This document shows, piece by piece, positions 28,801 through 42,237 of a stretch of 64,000 nt of DNA; position 1 is the stretch's first letter, and every line of letters starts with the position of its first letter. Both the position numbers and the translations under genes were made by a program. The notes under the pieces were generated by a model, which saw only the letters and a list, made by a program, of their open reading frames with translations, was not told where the DNA came from and did not search any database. This DNA comes from Eledone cirrhosa (taxonomy: Eukaryota): assembly GCA_964016885.1 (NCBI GenBank), contig CAXHJY010001571.1, forward strand, positions 175,792 to 239,791, read 5' to 3'.

Positions 28801-29295
28801 TGCTACCGAGGAGCTCTACCAGTTCGAGACAAGCTCTAGAGACATGGGCGCCCGGGCAGGGACCCTGCAAAAAAGATCTGTCCGAGGTGCGTGCGAGACG
28901 AAGAAACCGTCGCGCACGCATTCATACACTGCCCGGGCGTCACTGACCTGTGGGGCTATGTAGAACGACTATTGTCGCGGGTGGGACCAATCCAGTTGAC
29001 CACCGAGTCCATTGTCATGATCAAACCGCCACCCTCCTTCAAAAACGAAGGAGAGGCGGTTTTCCTTTGTGTGATAGCTATGGCGAAAGAGGTTGTATGG
29101 TGGACAAGGTTGAAAGGGCTGAGGTCAGACACCTTTCTCTCCGGCCAACAACTGATTCTTTTTTTCAAATACCACTTTGGAAGAAGAATCAGGATGGAGA
29201 GAGAGGTGCTGTACCCCAGCAAGTTTTATGAAAGGTGGGTGAAAGTGGCGAGAATGGCCCGAGTGAATGGGCCTTCTCTCTATATCAGCTTGTAG
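25859..29295 (+). pseudogene. ORF2 of Tx1-like copy 3 (APE + RT), frameshifted with a premature stop
   Basis: APE domain in 25859-26791, RT with YADD in 26833-28839 and C-terminus to 29295. Confidence 0.93.
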
Positions 29296-29535
29296 GTTGA
29301 GGAAAAGGAGGAGGAGAGGAAAGGAGTACAAGCTCTTCGTACTCCTGGAGATGAGGGTTGCACATTTTTTTTCGGGGGTATGTGTTACCCATATAAACTG
29401 TCTCCCTCTATTGGGGAAAATCGACTAACTTTTAAATTCCATCTGTGATAACATTTTACACGTTTTTATTGTATGTAAACTTCCCCCTTTGTATTTGTCC
29501 CCTTCTTTTGTGCCCCTGTGGCTAATAAAGAAATA

Positions 29536-29597
<62 letters not shown>

Positions 29598-29939
29598 CTC
29601 TCTCTCCTTCATTTATCTCCTTAACCACCATTTTGGTCTGTCTATAGCAGCAGATATTATGTCTATGAGCCGTGCGAATCACCGGCAAAAACGTAGAGAA
29701 ACCCAAAGTAGAATTATGTGTTTGTATATGCATGTGTATGTATTTGTGTGTATGTTTGTATGCGTGAATATCTGTGAGTGCGCTCGATTCTCTTTGTGAA
29801 TATATATATTTGCATTGATGTATATTTGGTTGAAAACGAAGTATTTTAATAACTGTTGCTTCCACTGCAATAAGTTTTGAAGAAAAAAAATTCTCTTGTG
29901 AAAAGTTCCTCTCTTTCCTCATCTTCATACATGCCTCAT

Positions 29940-30280
29940 ATCAGACAAAACAATATGCTGCAGCACATAGCCTTGAAGAAATATCGAATCACGTGACAGA
30001 TCATTTCAGCTTCGTTGGTTTCCTGCTCTCAACGTCGACATCAATATAGTGTTCTTTCAACTTGAAAACAACCTCTTTAATAACCAATTCTACATTGGAA
30101 TGGTTGTTTTCTTTCAAAGGCACCAATATTGGTCAGCCAATGAAATGCAGGGAAATCCTCTTCATTTCATATCTGACAGACAGCCCCATCATTATTTCTC
30201 TACACAACCCATATTCTTCTCCAACCTATTTTCGCCACCACACCCAAACCATCGCATATGTTAGATTCCAGCTTCCTTAA
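29940..30280 (-). mobile_element. Possible old RTE-clade LINE fragment
   Basis: Weak minus-strand resemblance to the RTE post-RT region (..PAFH.., ..CHVIR..). Heavily disrupted. Confidence 0.3.
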
Positions 30281-30445
30281 CACATATTTCTTTTCATACC
30301 ACAAACTTACCTTCCATGGAATTGGCAACGCCACCGTCACCGCCGTTGCCATACCCTGCTCTATTGAATTTATGATTTTGTTGAAATGATGTGATCAGAT
30401 CTTGCCACAACCTCTTCCACCATCTCTATTACCATATGTCATTCT

Positions 30446-30522
30446 TATGTATGTATGTATGTATGTATGTATGTATGTATGTATGTATGTATGTATGTAT
30501 GTATGTATGTATGTATGTATGT
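30446..30522. repeat. (TATG)n / (CATA)n microsatellite at the 3' end of the RLE element
   Basis: Perfect tetranucleotide run. Confidence 0.97.
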
Positions 30523-31543
30523 TCTTCTGGTTTATAACTTTATAAATGTTTGCCAATAGAGAGAGAGTCGGTTTCTAACATAGACACAAGACTCTCTCAT
30601 TGGAATTTACACATCAACTATGTAGATGTGTATGCATGTCTGCATTCATGCATGCATGTGTGTGCAGGTATAGAGGTTATTGTATGTGTGGATGTGGATG
30701 TTTTGAGTTGTATGTGTGCATGTGCATAAGCTTTGCATCTGTACATGTACACATGTAGTTATTAGATGTAGAATTTTGGGAAGGTTTTACATATTTTAAC
30801 TGTTCCATTAATGGATTGTACTTGTAATTTCCTAACTAGTTGTGTTCTTTCTGTTCCTGTGAAGCCTAGCTTCTCAAGATTTGTATTGAGGCAGTTACTA
30901 ACAAACCCCAGTGCCCCAATAATCACAGGCATAAATCTGAAGATGGTGTAATCAGGGTGGAGTATCTGCAGATTTTTCATCAGTTGGCATAAATATTCTC
31001 CTTTTCACTAATCTTTGATATTATATTGGCATCTGCTGGGCAGCTAATTTCCACTACTGTGCTTGTTTTCTTCTCCCTGCCCCTGTCCCTGCCCCTGTCC
31101 TTGTCCTTGTTATGGCTGCATTTTATTGGGGTTTTTACTGGAATATTCCACCAGTATTCTTTCATATTATGTATATGGACGTCTTCCACATTGCTGTAGC
31201 TTTTAATGTGTTTATTATCAGGGCTATCTTTTTTCGAACTGCATTGTACAGTGTTTTGGCCACTACATCATGCCTCATAGGTAGATAGTACCGCGATGAC
31301 ATCTTTGCACAGCTGCTGATGACATGGGTGATGTCCTCGATGTTAGTTCTGCAGAGCCTGCACATGTCACATCTAGGTGTTTGGCCTACATCCCTATCTC
31401 TTTTGTGAATCAGGTATTTCGTGTTGATTTCCTGTTCTTGGATTACAAAAGCATATCCTTCAAAGTGGGAGCAAATATCGCGGTTGTTGGTCCAAGATAG
31501 ACTACTTTCCTTATCTACATTACTCTCACTCTGGAGCTTCTGG
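30523..31543 (-). mobile_element. 5'-truncated RLE-type non-LTR retrotransposon (R4/Dong/HERO-like), C-terminal part + 3' UTR
   Basis: IQEQEINTK, CRLCRTNIEDITHVISSC...RHDVVAK (CCHC), then VVEISCP..KISEKENIY..PVIIGALG (restriction-like endonuclease). Frameshifted. Confidence 0.85.
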
Positions 31544-34500
31544 AGATGTGGTGAGAGAGACTGTGTAGTAGATGTGGTGAGAGAGAGACTGTGTAGGAGA
31601 TGTGGTGAGACAGACTGTGTAGGAGATGTCGTGAGAGAGACTGTGTAGGAGATCTGGTGAGAGAGAGACTGTATAGATGTGGTGAGAGAGACTGTGTAGG
31701 AGATTTGGTGAGAGAGACTGTATAGGAGATGTGGTGAGAGAGACTGTGTAGGAGATCTGGTGAGAGAGATTGTGTAGGAGATGTGGTGAGAGAGACTGTG
31801 TAGGAGATCTGGTGAGAGAGAGACTGTATAGATGTGGTGAGAGACACTGTGTAGGAGATGTGGTGAGAGAGACTGTGTAGGAGATGTGGTGAGAGAGACT
31901 GTGTAGGAGATGTGGTGAGAGAGACTGTGTAGGAGATGTGGTGAGAGAGACTGTGTAGGAGATGTGGTGAGAGAGACTGTGTAGGAGATGTGGTGAGAGA
32001 GACTGTGTAGGAGATGTGGTGAGAGAGACTGCGTAGGAGATGTGGTGAGAGAGACACTGTAGGGGATGTGGTGAGAGAGACACTGTAGGAGATGTGGTGA
32101 GAGAGACTGTGTAGGAGATGTGGTGAGAGAGACTGTGTAGGATATCTGGTGAGAGAGACTGTGTAGGAGATGTGGTGAGAGAGACTGTGTAGGAGATCTG
32201 GTGAGAGAGACTGTGTAGTAGATGTGGTGAGAGAGACTGTGTAGGAGATGTGGTGAGAGAGACTGTGTAGGAGATGTGGTGAGAGAGACACTGTAGGGGA
32301 TGTGGTGAGAGAGACTGTGTAGGAGATGTGGTGAGAGAGACTGTGTAGGAGATCTGGTGAGAGAGAATGTGTAGGGGATGTGGTGAGAGAGACTGTGTAG
32401 GAGATGTGGTGAGAGAGACTGTGTAGTAGATGTGGTGAGAGAGACTGTGTAGGAGATGTGGTGAGAGAGACTGTGTAGTAGATGTGGTGAGAGAGACTGT
32501 GTAGGAGATGTGGTGAGAGAGACTGTGTAGGAGATGTGGTGAGAGAGACTGTGTAGCAGATGTGGTGAGAGAGACTGTGTAGGAGATGTGGTGAGAGAGA
32601 CTGTGTAGGGGATGTGGTGAGAGAGACTGTGTAGGAGATGTGGTGAGAGAGACTGTGTAGATGTGGTGAGAGAGACTGTGTAGGAGATGTGGTGAGAGAG
32701 ACTGTGTAGGAGATGTGGTGAGAGAGACTGTGTAGGGGATGTGGTGAGAGAGACTGTGTAGGAGATGTGGTGAGAGAGACTGTGTAGGAGATGTGGTGAG
32801 AGAGACTGTGTAGGAGATGTGGTGAGAGAGACTGTGTAGTAGATGTGGTGAGAGAGACTGTGTAGGAGATGTGGTGAGAGAGACTGTGTAGGGGATGTGG
32901 TGAGAGAGACTGTGTAGGGGATGTGGTGAGAGAGACTGCGTAGTAGATGTGGTGAGAGAGACTTTGTAGGGAATGTGGTGAGAGAGACTGTGTAGGGGAT
33001 GTGGTGAGAGAGACTGTGTAGGGGATGTGGTGAGAGAGAGACTGTAGGGAATGTGGTGAGAGAGACTGTGTAGGGGATGTGGTGAGAGAGACTGCGTAGT
33101 AGATGTGGTGAGAGAGACTTTGTAGGGAATGTGGTGAGAGAGACTGTGTAGGGGATGTGGTGAGAGAGACTGTGTAGGGGATGTGGTGAGAGAGACTGTG
33201 TAGGGGATGTGGTGAGAGAGACTGTGTAGGGGATGTGGTGAGAGAGACTGTGTAGGGGATGTGGTGAGAGAGACTGTGTAGGGGGTGTGGTGAGAGAGAG
33301 ACTGTAGGGAATGTGGTGAGAGAGACTGTGTAGGAGATGTGGTGAGAGAGACTGTGTAGTAGATGTGGTGAGAGAGACTGTGTAGGGGATGTGGTGAGAG
33401 AGAGACTGTGTAGGAGATGTGGTGAGAGAGACTGTGTAGGAGATCTGGTGAGAGAGACTGTGTAGGAGATGTGGTGAGAGAGACACTGTAGGGGATGTGG
33501 TGAGAGAGACTGTGTAGGAGATGTTGTGAGAGAGACTGTGTAGGAGATGTGGTGAGAGAGACACTGTAGGGAGTGTGGTGAGAGAGACTGTGTAGGAGAT
33601 GTGGTGAGAGAGACTGTGTAGGAGATGTGGTGAGAGAGACTGTGTAGGAGATGTTGTGAGAGAGACTGTGTAGGAGATGTGGTGAGAGAGACACTGTAGG
33701 GAATGTGGTGAGAGAGACTGTGTAGGAGATGTGGTGAGAGAGACTGTGTAGGGGATGTGGTGAGAGAGAGACTGTGTAGGAGATGTGGTGAGAGAGACTG
33801 TGTAGGAGATGTGGTGAGAGGGACACTGTAGGGAATGTGGTGAGAGAGACTGTGTAGGAGATGTGGTGAGAGAGACTGTGTAGTAGATGTGGTGAGAGAG
33901 ACTGTGTAGGGGATGTGGTGAGAGAGAGACTGTGTAGGAGATGTGGTGAGAGAGACTGTGTAGGAGATCTGGTGAGAGAGACTGTGTAGGAGATGTGGTG
34001 AGAGAGACACTGTAGGGGATGTGGTGAGAGAGACTGTGTAGGAGATGTGGTGAGAGAGACACTGTAGGGGATGTGGTGAGAGAGACTGTGTAGGAGATGT
34101 GGTGAGAGAGACTGTGTAGGGGATGTGGTGAGAGAGACTGTGTAGGAGATGTGGTGAGAGAGACTGTGTAGGAGATGTGGTGAGAGAGACTGTGTAGCAG
34201 ATGTGGTGAGAGAGACTGTGTAGGAGATGTGGTGAGAGAGACTGTGTAGCAGATGTGGTGAGAGAGACTGTGTAGGAGATGTGGTGAGAGAGACTGTGTA
34301 GGAGATGTGGTGAGAGAGACACTGTAGGGGATGTGGTGAGAGAGACACTGTAGGAGATGTGGTGAGAGAGACTGTGTAGGAGATGTGGTGAGAGAGACAC
34401 TGTAGGGAATGTGGTGAGAGAGACTGTGTAGGAGATGTGGTGAGAGAGACTGTGTAGGAGATGTGGTGAGAGAGACACTGTAGGGAATGTGGTGAGAGAG

Positions 34501-37500
34501 ACTGTGTAGGAGATGTGGTGAGAGAGACTGTGTAGGAGATGTGGTGAGAGAGACACTGTAGGGAATGTGGTGAGAGAGACTGTGTAGGAGATGTGGTGAG
34601 AGAGACTGTGTAGGAGATGTGGTGAGAGAGACTGTGTAGATGTGGTGAGAGAGACTGTGTAGGAGATGTGGTGAGAGAGACTGTGTAGGAGATGTGGTGA
34701 GAGAGACTGTGTAGGAGATCTGGTGAGAGAGACTGTGTAGGAGATGTGGTGAGAGAGACTGTGTAGGGGATCTGGTGAGAGAGACTGTGTAGTGGATGTG
34801 GTGAGAGAGACACTGTAGGGGATGTGGTGAGAGAGACTGTGTAGGGGATGTGGTGAGAGAGACTGTGTAGGAGATGTGGTGAGAGAGACTGTGTAGGAGA
34901 TCTGGTGAGAGAGACTGTGTAGGAGATGTGGTGAGAGAGACTGTGTAGGGGATGTGGTGAGAGAGACTGTGTAGGGGATGTGGTGAGAGAGACTGTGTAG
35001 GGTATGTGGTGAGAGAGACTGTGTAGGAGATGTGGTGAGAGAGAGACTGTGTAGGAGATGTGGTGAGAGAGACTGTGTAGGAGATGTGGTGAGAGAGAGA
35101 CTGTGTAGGAGATGTGGTGAGAGAGAGACTGTGTAGGAGATGTGGTGAGAGAGACACTGTAGGGAATGTGGTTAGAGAGACTGTGTAGGAGATGTGGTGA
35201 GAGAGACTGTGTAGGGGATGTGGTGAGAGAGACTGTGTAGGAGATGTTGTGAGAGAGACTGTATAGATGTGGTGAGAGAGACTGTGTAGGAGATGTGGTG
35301 AGAGAGACTGTATAGATGTGGTGAGAGAGACTGTGTAGGAGATGTGGTGAGAGAGACTGTGTAGGAGATGTGGTGAGAGAGACTGTGTAGGAGATGTGGT
35401 GAGAGAGACTGTGTAGGAGATATTGTGAGAGAGACTGTGTAGGAGATGTGGTGAGAGAGACACTGTAGGGAATGTGGTGAGAGAGACTGTGTAGGAGATG
35501 TGGTGAGAGAGACTGTGTAGTAGATGTGGTGAGAGAGACTGTGTAGGAGATCTGGTGAGAGAGACTGTGTAGGAGATGTGGTGAGAGAGACTGTGTAGGG
35601 GATGTGGTGAGAGAGACTGTGTAGGAGATGTGGTGAGAGAGACTGTGTAGGAGATGTGGGGAGAGAGACACTGTAGGGGATGTGGTGAGAGAGACTGTGT
35701 AGGGGATGTGGTGAGAGAGACTGTGTAGGAGATGTGGTGAGAGAGACTGTGTAGGAGATCTGGTGAGAGAGACTGTGTAGGAGATGTGGTGAGAGAGACT
35801 GTGTAGGAGATGTGGTGAGAGAGACTGTGTAGGGGATGTGGTGAGAGAGAGACTGTGTAGGAGATGTGGTGAGAGAGACACTGTAGGGAATGTGGTTAGA
35901 GAGACTGTGTAGGAGATGTGGTGAGAGAGACTGTGTAGGAGATGTGGTGAGAGAGACTGTGTAGGAGATGTGGTGAGAGAGACTGTGTAGGGGATGTGGT
36001 GAGAGAGACTGTGTAGGGGGTGTGGTGAGAGAGAGACTGTAGGGAATGTGGTGAGAGAGACTGTGTAGGAGATGTGGTGAGAGAGACTGTGTAGTAGATG
36101 TGGTGAGAGAGACTGTGTAGGGGATGTGGTGAGAGAGAGACTGTGTAGGAGATGTGGTGAGAGAGACTGTGTAGGAGATCTGGTGAGAGAGACTGTGTAG
36201 GAGATGTGGTGAGAGAGACACTGTAGGGGATGTGGTGAGAGAGACTGTGTGGGAGATGTTGTGAGAGAGACTGTGTAGGAGATGTGGTGAGAGAGACACT
36301 GTAGGGAGTGTGGTGAGAGAGACTGTGTAGGAGATGTGGTGAGAGAGACTGTGTAGGAGATGTGGTGAGAGAGACTGTGTAGGAGATGTTGTGAGAGAGA
36401 CTGTGTAGGAGATGTGGTGAGAGAGACACTGTAGGGAATGTGGTGAGAGAGACTGTGTAGGAGATGTGGTGAGAGAGACTGTGTAGGGGATGTGGTGAGA
36501 GAGAGACTGTGTAGGAGATGTGGTGAGAGAGACTGTGTAGGAGATGTGGTGAGAGAGACACTGTAGGGAATGTGGTGAGAGAGACTGTGTAGGAGATGTG
36601 GTGAGAGAGACTGTGTAGTAGATGTGGTGAGAGAGACTGTGTAGGGGATGTGGTGAGAGAGAGACTGTGTAGGAGATGTGGTGAGAGAGACTGTGTAGGA
36701 GATCTGGTGAGAGAGACTGTGTAGGAGATGTGGTGAGAGAGACACTGTAGGGGATGTGGTGAGAGAGACTGTGTAGGAGATGTGGTGAGAGAGACACTGT
36801 AGGGGATGTGGTGAGAGAGACTGTGTAGGAGATGTGGTGAGAGAGACTGTGTAGGGGATGTGGTGAGAGAGACTGTGTAGGAGATGTGGTGAGAGAGACT
36901 GTGTAGGAGATGTGGTGAGAGAGACTGTGTAGCAGATGTGGTGAGAGAGACTGTGTAGGAGATGTGGTGAGAGAGACTGTGTAGGAGATGTGGTGAGAGA
37001 GACTGTGTAGGAGATGTGGTGAGAGAGACTGTGTAGGAGATGTGGTGAGAGAGACTGTGTAGGAGATGTGGTGAGAGAGACTGTGTAGCAGATGTGGTGA
37101 GAGAGACTGTGTAGCAGATGTGGTGAGAGAGACTGTGTAGGAGATGTGGTGAGAGAGACTGTGTAGCAGATGTGGTGAGAGAGACTGTGTAGGAGATGTG
37201 GTGAGAGAGACTGTGTAGGAGATGTGGTGAGAGAGACTGTGTAGGAGATGTGGTGAGAGAGACTGTGTAGCAGATGTGGTGAGAGAGACTGTGTAACAGA
37301 TGTGGTGAGAGAGACTGTGTAGGAGATGTGGTGAGAGAGACTGTGTAGCAGATGTGGTGAGAGAGACTGTGTAGGAGATGTGGTGAGAGAGACTGTGTAG
37401 GAGATGTGGTGAGAGAGACTGTGTAGGAGATGTGGTGAGAGAGACTGTGTAGCAGATGTGGTGAGAGAGACTGTGTAGGAGATGTGGTGAGAGAGACTGT

Positions 37501-39054
37501 GTAGGAGATGTGGTGAGAGAGACTGTGTAGGAGATGTGGTGAGAGAGACTGTGTAGCAGATGTGGTGAGAGAGACTGTGTAGGAGATGTGGTGAGAGAGA
37601 CTGTGTAGGAGATGTGGTGAGAGAGACACTGTAGGGGATGTGGTGAGAGAGACTGTGTAGGAGATGTGGTGAGAGAGACTGTGTAGGAGATGTGGTGAGA
37701 CAGACTGTGTAGGGGATGTGGTGAGAGAGACTGTGTAGGAGATGTGGTGAGAGAGACTGTGTAGCAGATGTGGTGAGAGAGACTGTGTAGGAGATGTGGT
37801 GAGAGAGACTGTGTAGGAGATGTGGTGAGAGAGACTGTGTAGGAGATGTGGTGAGAGAGACTGTGTAGCAGATGTGGTGAGAGAGACTGTGTAGGAGATG
37901 TGGTGAGACAGACTGTGTAGGAGATGTGGTGAGAGAGACTGTGTAGCAGATGTGGTGAGAGAGACTGTGTAGGAGATGTGGTGAGAGAGACTGTGTAGGA
38001 GATGTGGTGAGAGAGACTGTGTAGGAGATGTGGTGAGAGAGACTGTGTAGCAGATGTGGTGAGAGAGACTGTGTAGGAGATGTGGTGAGAGAGACTGTGT
38101 AGGAGATGTGGTGAGAGAGACTGTGTAGGAGATGTGGTGAGAGAGACTGTGTAGCAGATGTGGTGAGAGAGACTGTGTAGGAGATGTGGTGAGAGAGACT
38201 GTGTAGGAGATGTGGTGAGAGAGACACTGTAGGGGATGTGGTGAGAGAGACTGTGTAGGAGATGTGGTGAGAGAGACTGTGTAGGAGATGTGGTGAGACA
38301 GACTGTGTAGGGGATGTGGTGAGAGAGACTGTGTAGGAGATGTGGTGAGAGAGACTGTGTAGGAGATGTGGTGAGAGAGACTGTGTAGCAGATGTGGTGA
38401 GAGAGACTGTGTAGGAGATGTGGTGAGAGAGACTGTGTAGGAGATGTGGTGAGAGAGACTGTGTAGGAGATGTGGTGAGAGAGACTGTGTAGCAGATGTG
38501 GTGAGAGAGACTGTGTAGGAGATGTGGTGAGAGAGACTGTGTAGGAGATGTGGTGAGAGAGACTGTGTAGGAGATGTGGTGAGAGAGACTGTGTAGCAGA
38601 TGTGGTGAGAGAGACTGTGTAGGAGATGTGGTGAGAGAGACTGTGTAGGAGATGTGGTGAGAGAGACACTGTAGGGGATGTGGTGAGAGAGACTGTGTAG
38701 GAGATGTGGTGAGAGAGACTGTGTAGGAGATGTGGTGAGACAGACTGTGTAGGGGATGTGGTGAGAGAGACTGTGTAGGAGATGTGGTGAGAGAGACTGT
38801 GTAGGAGATGTGGTGAGAGAGACTGTGTAGCAGATGTGGTGAGAGAGACTGTGTAGGAGATGTGGTGAGAGAGACTGTGTAGGGGATGTGGTGAGAGAGA
38901 CTGTGTAGGAGATGTGGTGAGAGAGACTGTGTAGGAGATGTGGTGAGAGAGACTGTGTAGGAGATGTGGTGAGAGAGACTGTGTAGGGGATGTGGTGAGA
39001 GAGACTGTGTAGGAGATGTGGTGAGAGAGACTGTGTAGGAGATGTGGTGAGAGC
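31544..39054. repeat. 7.5-kb 26-bp minisatellite (GGAGATGTGGTGAGAGAGACTGTGTA)n
   Basis: Directly visible period with variant units and higher-order duplicated blocks. Confidence 0.98.
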
Positions 39055-39060
39055 GTATAT

Positions 39061-39149
<89 letters not shown>

Positions 39150-40042
39150 CTGAGTTTTTCGAATATTAATAACCCTTCAGTGTACTGACATGGCTATAAC
39201 ATTGAGGCTTGATGTATAATTGCAAACGAATCGAATGTTATTATTAATATTCCAAAAACTCAGATTACAATTAATGTATTCAGCCATGCAGTGCGAAATG
39301 TTTTTATTATTATACTTTTAAAAATTATATATATAACTATAATTATATAAGTAACATAACGCTTCACCAACAGCTTAATAACGGTTGATACAAACCCTAG
39401 AAAAGATAATTTGTTGATAAAAAATGCATAAGATAATATACCTAAAGTAACAACATGGCCAGTAATTCGGAGGAATTTACATTTAACAAACACCTATTGA
39501 CTATAAACGACTCAAAATAATCCCATGGTTAATAGCTGTGAGTTACAAACAACATACACACATACATACGAACTACAAAACAAAAACACTTGAATGAAAA
39601 TCACATACCCAACTCTATCACGTGCTTTGCATTACACCTTACATAACAAATACCTACGTTATCACCACATGCCTCTCTAAAAAATTGCACACTATCTTAA
39701 ACATTTATAACAATTATAACATACTTTAACACCCCACACAAAATATGTTTACTTCAACTGCATTATAACTCTTTCCTCATACATGCCTTATTGACTGTAT
39801 TGACTCCTGCATTGTACACCAGTTTTCCTTGCTTATAACCTTTTTGCCTGTATTTGTTTGCTTGTACTTTTCACTTATACCTATTACACTTTCAACCAGT
39901 GCTGCCTGTAATTGTGTTCTCTCAAGCATAACATCATTTTAACTCCTGACTCTCCACATGATGCCTATGACACTAACAACAACTATGTACCCTAAATGTT
40001 CTGAATGACTAGGATTTTCGTCACATGTCTCGACATTCCCCA

Positions 40043-40089
40043 TGCTCCGATGATTCCAGACTTCCCTCTGGAAGAAACAATTGTCAGCA
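40043..40089 (+). ncRNA. Degenerate type I hammerhead motif (U4C)
   Basis: TGCT-CCGATGA-TTCCAGA cttccc TCTGGAA-GAAAC aatt GTC-AGCA. All three stems pair. Confidence 0.7.
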
Positions 40090-40129
40090 AATAAATGTTC
40101 CAAACTAAATTTTGATCGTTTTAACACTT

Positions 40130-40215
<86 letters not shown>

Positions 40216-41596
40216 TGTGTGTATGCTCAAGAACAAGGGCATAAGCTCACAATACAAACACACCACTCATACGTACACACAGTTCCCTATATTTAGGAAG
40301 AAGAGCTTTAACAACCTGTTAACAATCTTCAATTTGTGAAGGGATGCTTATTCCCCCAGAATTCTTTTATATAAGAACCTTTAAAAAATGGTTCGAATCG
40401 AGGTTGAAAATTGAAATGAAGACATATAATCCCCAAAATATATCTTATTCTCTGGGAAACCAATTTCTTCAATAGAATATTCTACTAATTATTCGATATG
40501 AATTATTTTTCTAATCAGTAGATTTTCCCAATATCGTTTACAGTATATGGAATATATACCTTGGTAGCGGAGACCTCTGGTGTCGTTGGTGCTAGGACCA
40601 CCTCCCTACACACCACCATGGAGGACCACCTCCCTACACACCACCATGGAGTTGGCAACCCACGAGTGTGAACCTCACCAGATGGAATGACTCTTCCAAC
40701 ACATCTCCTTGATTACGGGGAAACTCCTCTATTCTGTCCACCGGGATAACGACGCGGTCAACGCGTGTGTTCCAATTTACATATAAAAATGAGGGATGGT
40801 GTTAGTGAGGAAACAACGAGAGATAGAGGGGGGGGGGGTGAATTGAGAGAGAGCTGAAGCAGGATTTCACTTTCTATAAATAACATGAGAAGCGACGAGA
40901 CAGTATCCCTGTTTTATAGGTTCACTTTTATCTTATTCCTCCACATTCCCTGGAGTATACAATATACTTAATGTTTCATTCAGTGGTTAAAAAGAACAAA
41001 CCTCAGATAATTCCAAACAGTCAATGACCTTCTTGTAAATATGTGCTTTCAATATAAAATATAAGCAACTTGGTGCAAAGCCGTGGCCTACATATTTCAA
41101 CATTCACAGAAACGTTCAATTTTATATATTAAGTTATACACTCATATGCACAGTTATACATTCTGATATATTGCATTTTTAATTATGGTCTCTTACACAC
41201 ACGTGCTCACAGCATTAGAGGTATATGTATAAGCACACACAAGCACACATACACAAGCACATAGACATATACACACACATGAACACACACACAGACACAC
41301 ACCCACAAAGGTACTCAAACTACATCACGTAAACGTGATGTCATAAAAAGTTGTCTTGTGAAATGACAGGAAACACATCTTGAATATTTGTGTCTCTCTC
41401 TGTATGTATGTATACGTGTGTAGGTGTTGTTTGTGTGTAGTTTGTGTGTATATGTGTTGTTTGTGTGTATATGTGTTGTTTGTGTGTATATGTGCTGTTT
41501 GTGTGTATGTGTTGTTTGTGTGTGTATGTGTGTTTTACTAAGTTATATGGATATGTCTTAGCATGTAGTGTTATATGTATATATATATATGTATAT

Positions 41597-42237
41597 ATAA
41601 ACGGAAAAAATGAAACAAAATTTCATTTCCCACTACGTGTTACTTAAATATAAGTATGTATACGTACATATATGTATACAGACGTACAGTAGTATGTATA
41701 TATACATACATGCACACACATATATATATGTACGTATGGATTTACCGAACATTTATTATAATGCTCGGTGTGTTTGTAAACAAACATCCCGTATTAAGCC
41801 GTACAGTGTTTAGCAACCATCGTTGCTCTTTTGTTCAACACTGACAAAGGAATGCTGTACTAGTTTCAAGCTTATTAGCTATCGTCAGCAACGTATACCT
41901 TCCTGCCAGATGATTGAACGTTTGAAAGTATATACTTTCTTTATGCATATTATCGGCTGAGCAGCCTAATTTGTATATCGATTGAGCTAATCGGCCGGGC
42001 GCACCGAAAGCGATAAACGGAAAAAATGAAACGAAATTTCATTTCCCACTCTGAGTACGGCTGTTACTTAAATATAAATATGTATACGTACATACATATA
42101 TGTATACAGACGTACAGTAGTATGTATATATATACATACATGCACACACATATATATATATGTACGTATGGATTTACCGAACATTTATTATAATGCTCGA
42201 TTTGTTTGTAACTAGTACAGTGTTCCTTTGTCAGTGT

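Larger units (their letters stand above)
23691..29596 (+). mobile_element. Tx1-like non-LTR retrotransposon, copy 3, full length
   Basis: Begins after (TATC)n(TC)nTATC with GACGCGTG, as copy 1 does. Ends AATAAAGAA + long (ATCT)n. Confidence 0.95.

Noticed and set aside
31162-39088. Giant 1013-2520-aa S/H/L/T-rich ORFs
   Set aside because: They come from a stop-free 26-bp repeat that is open in all three frames. Only the last ~110 codons of the 31162 ORF are real LINE sequence.
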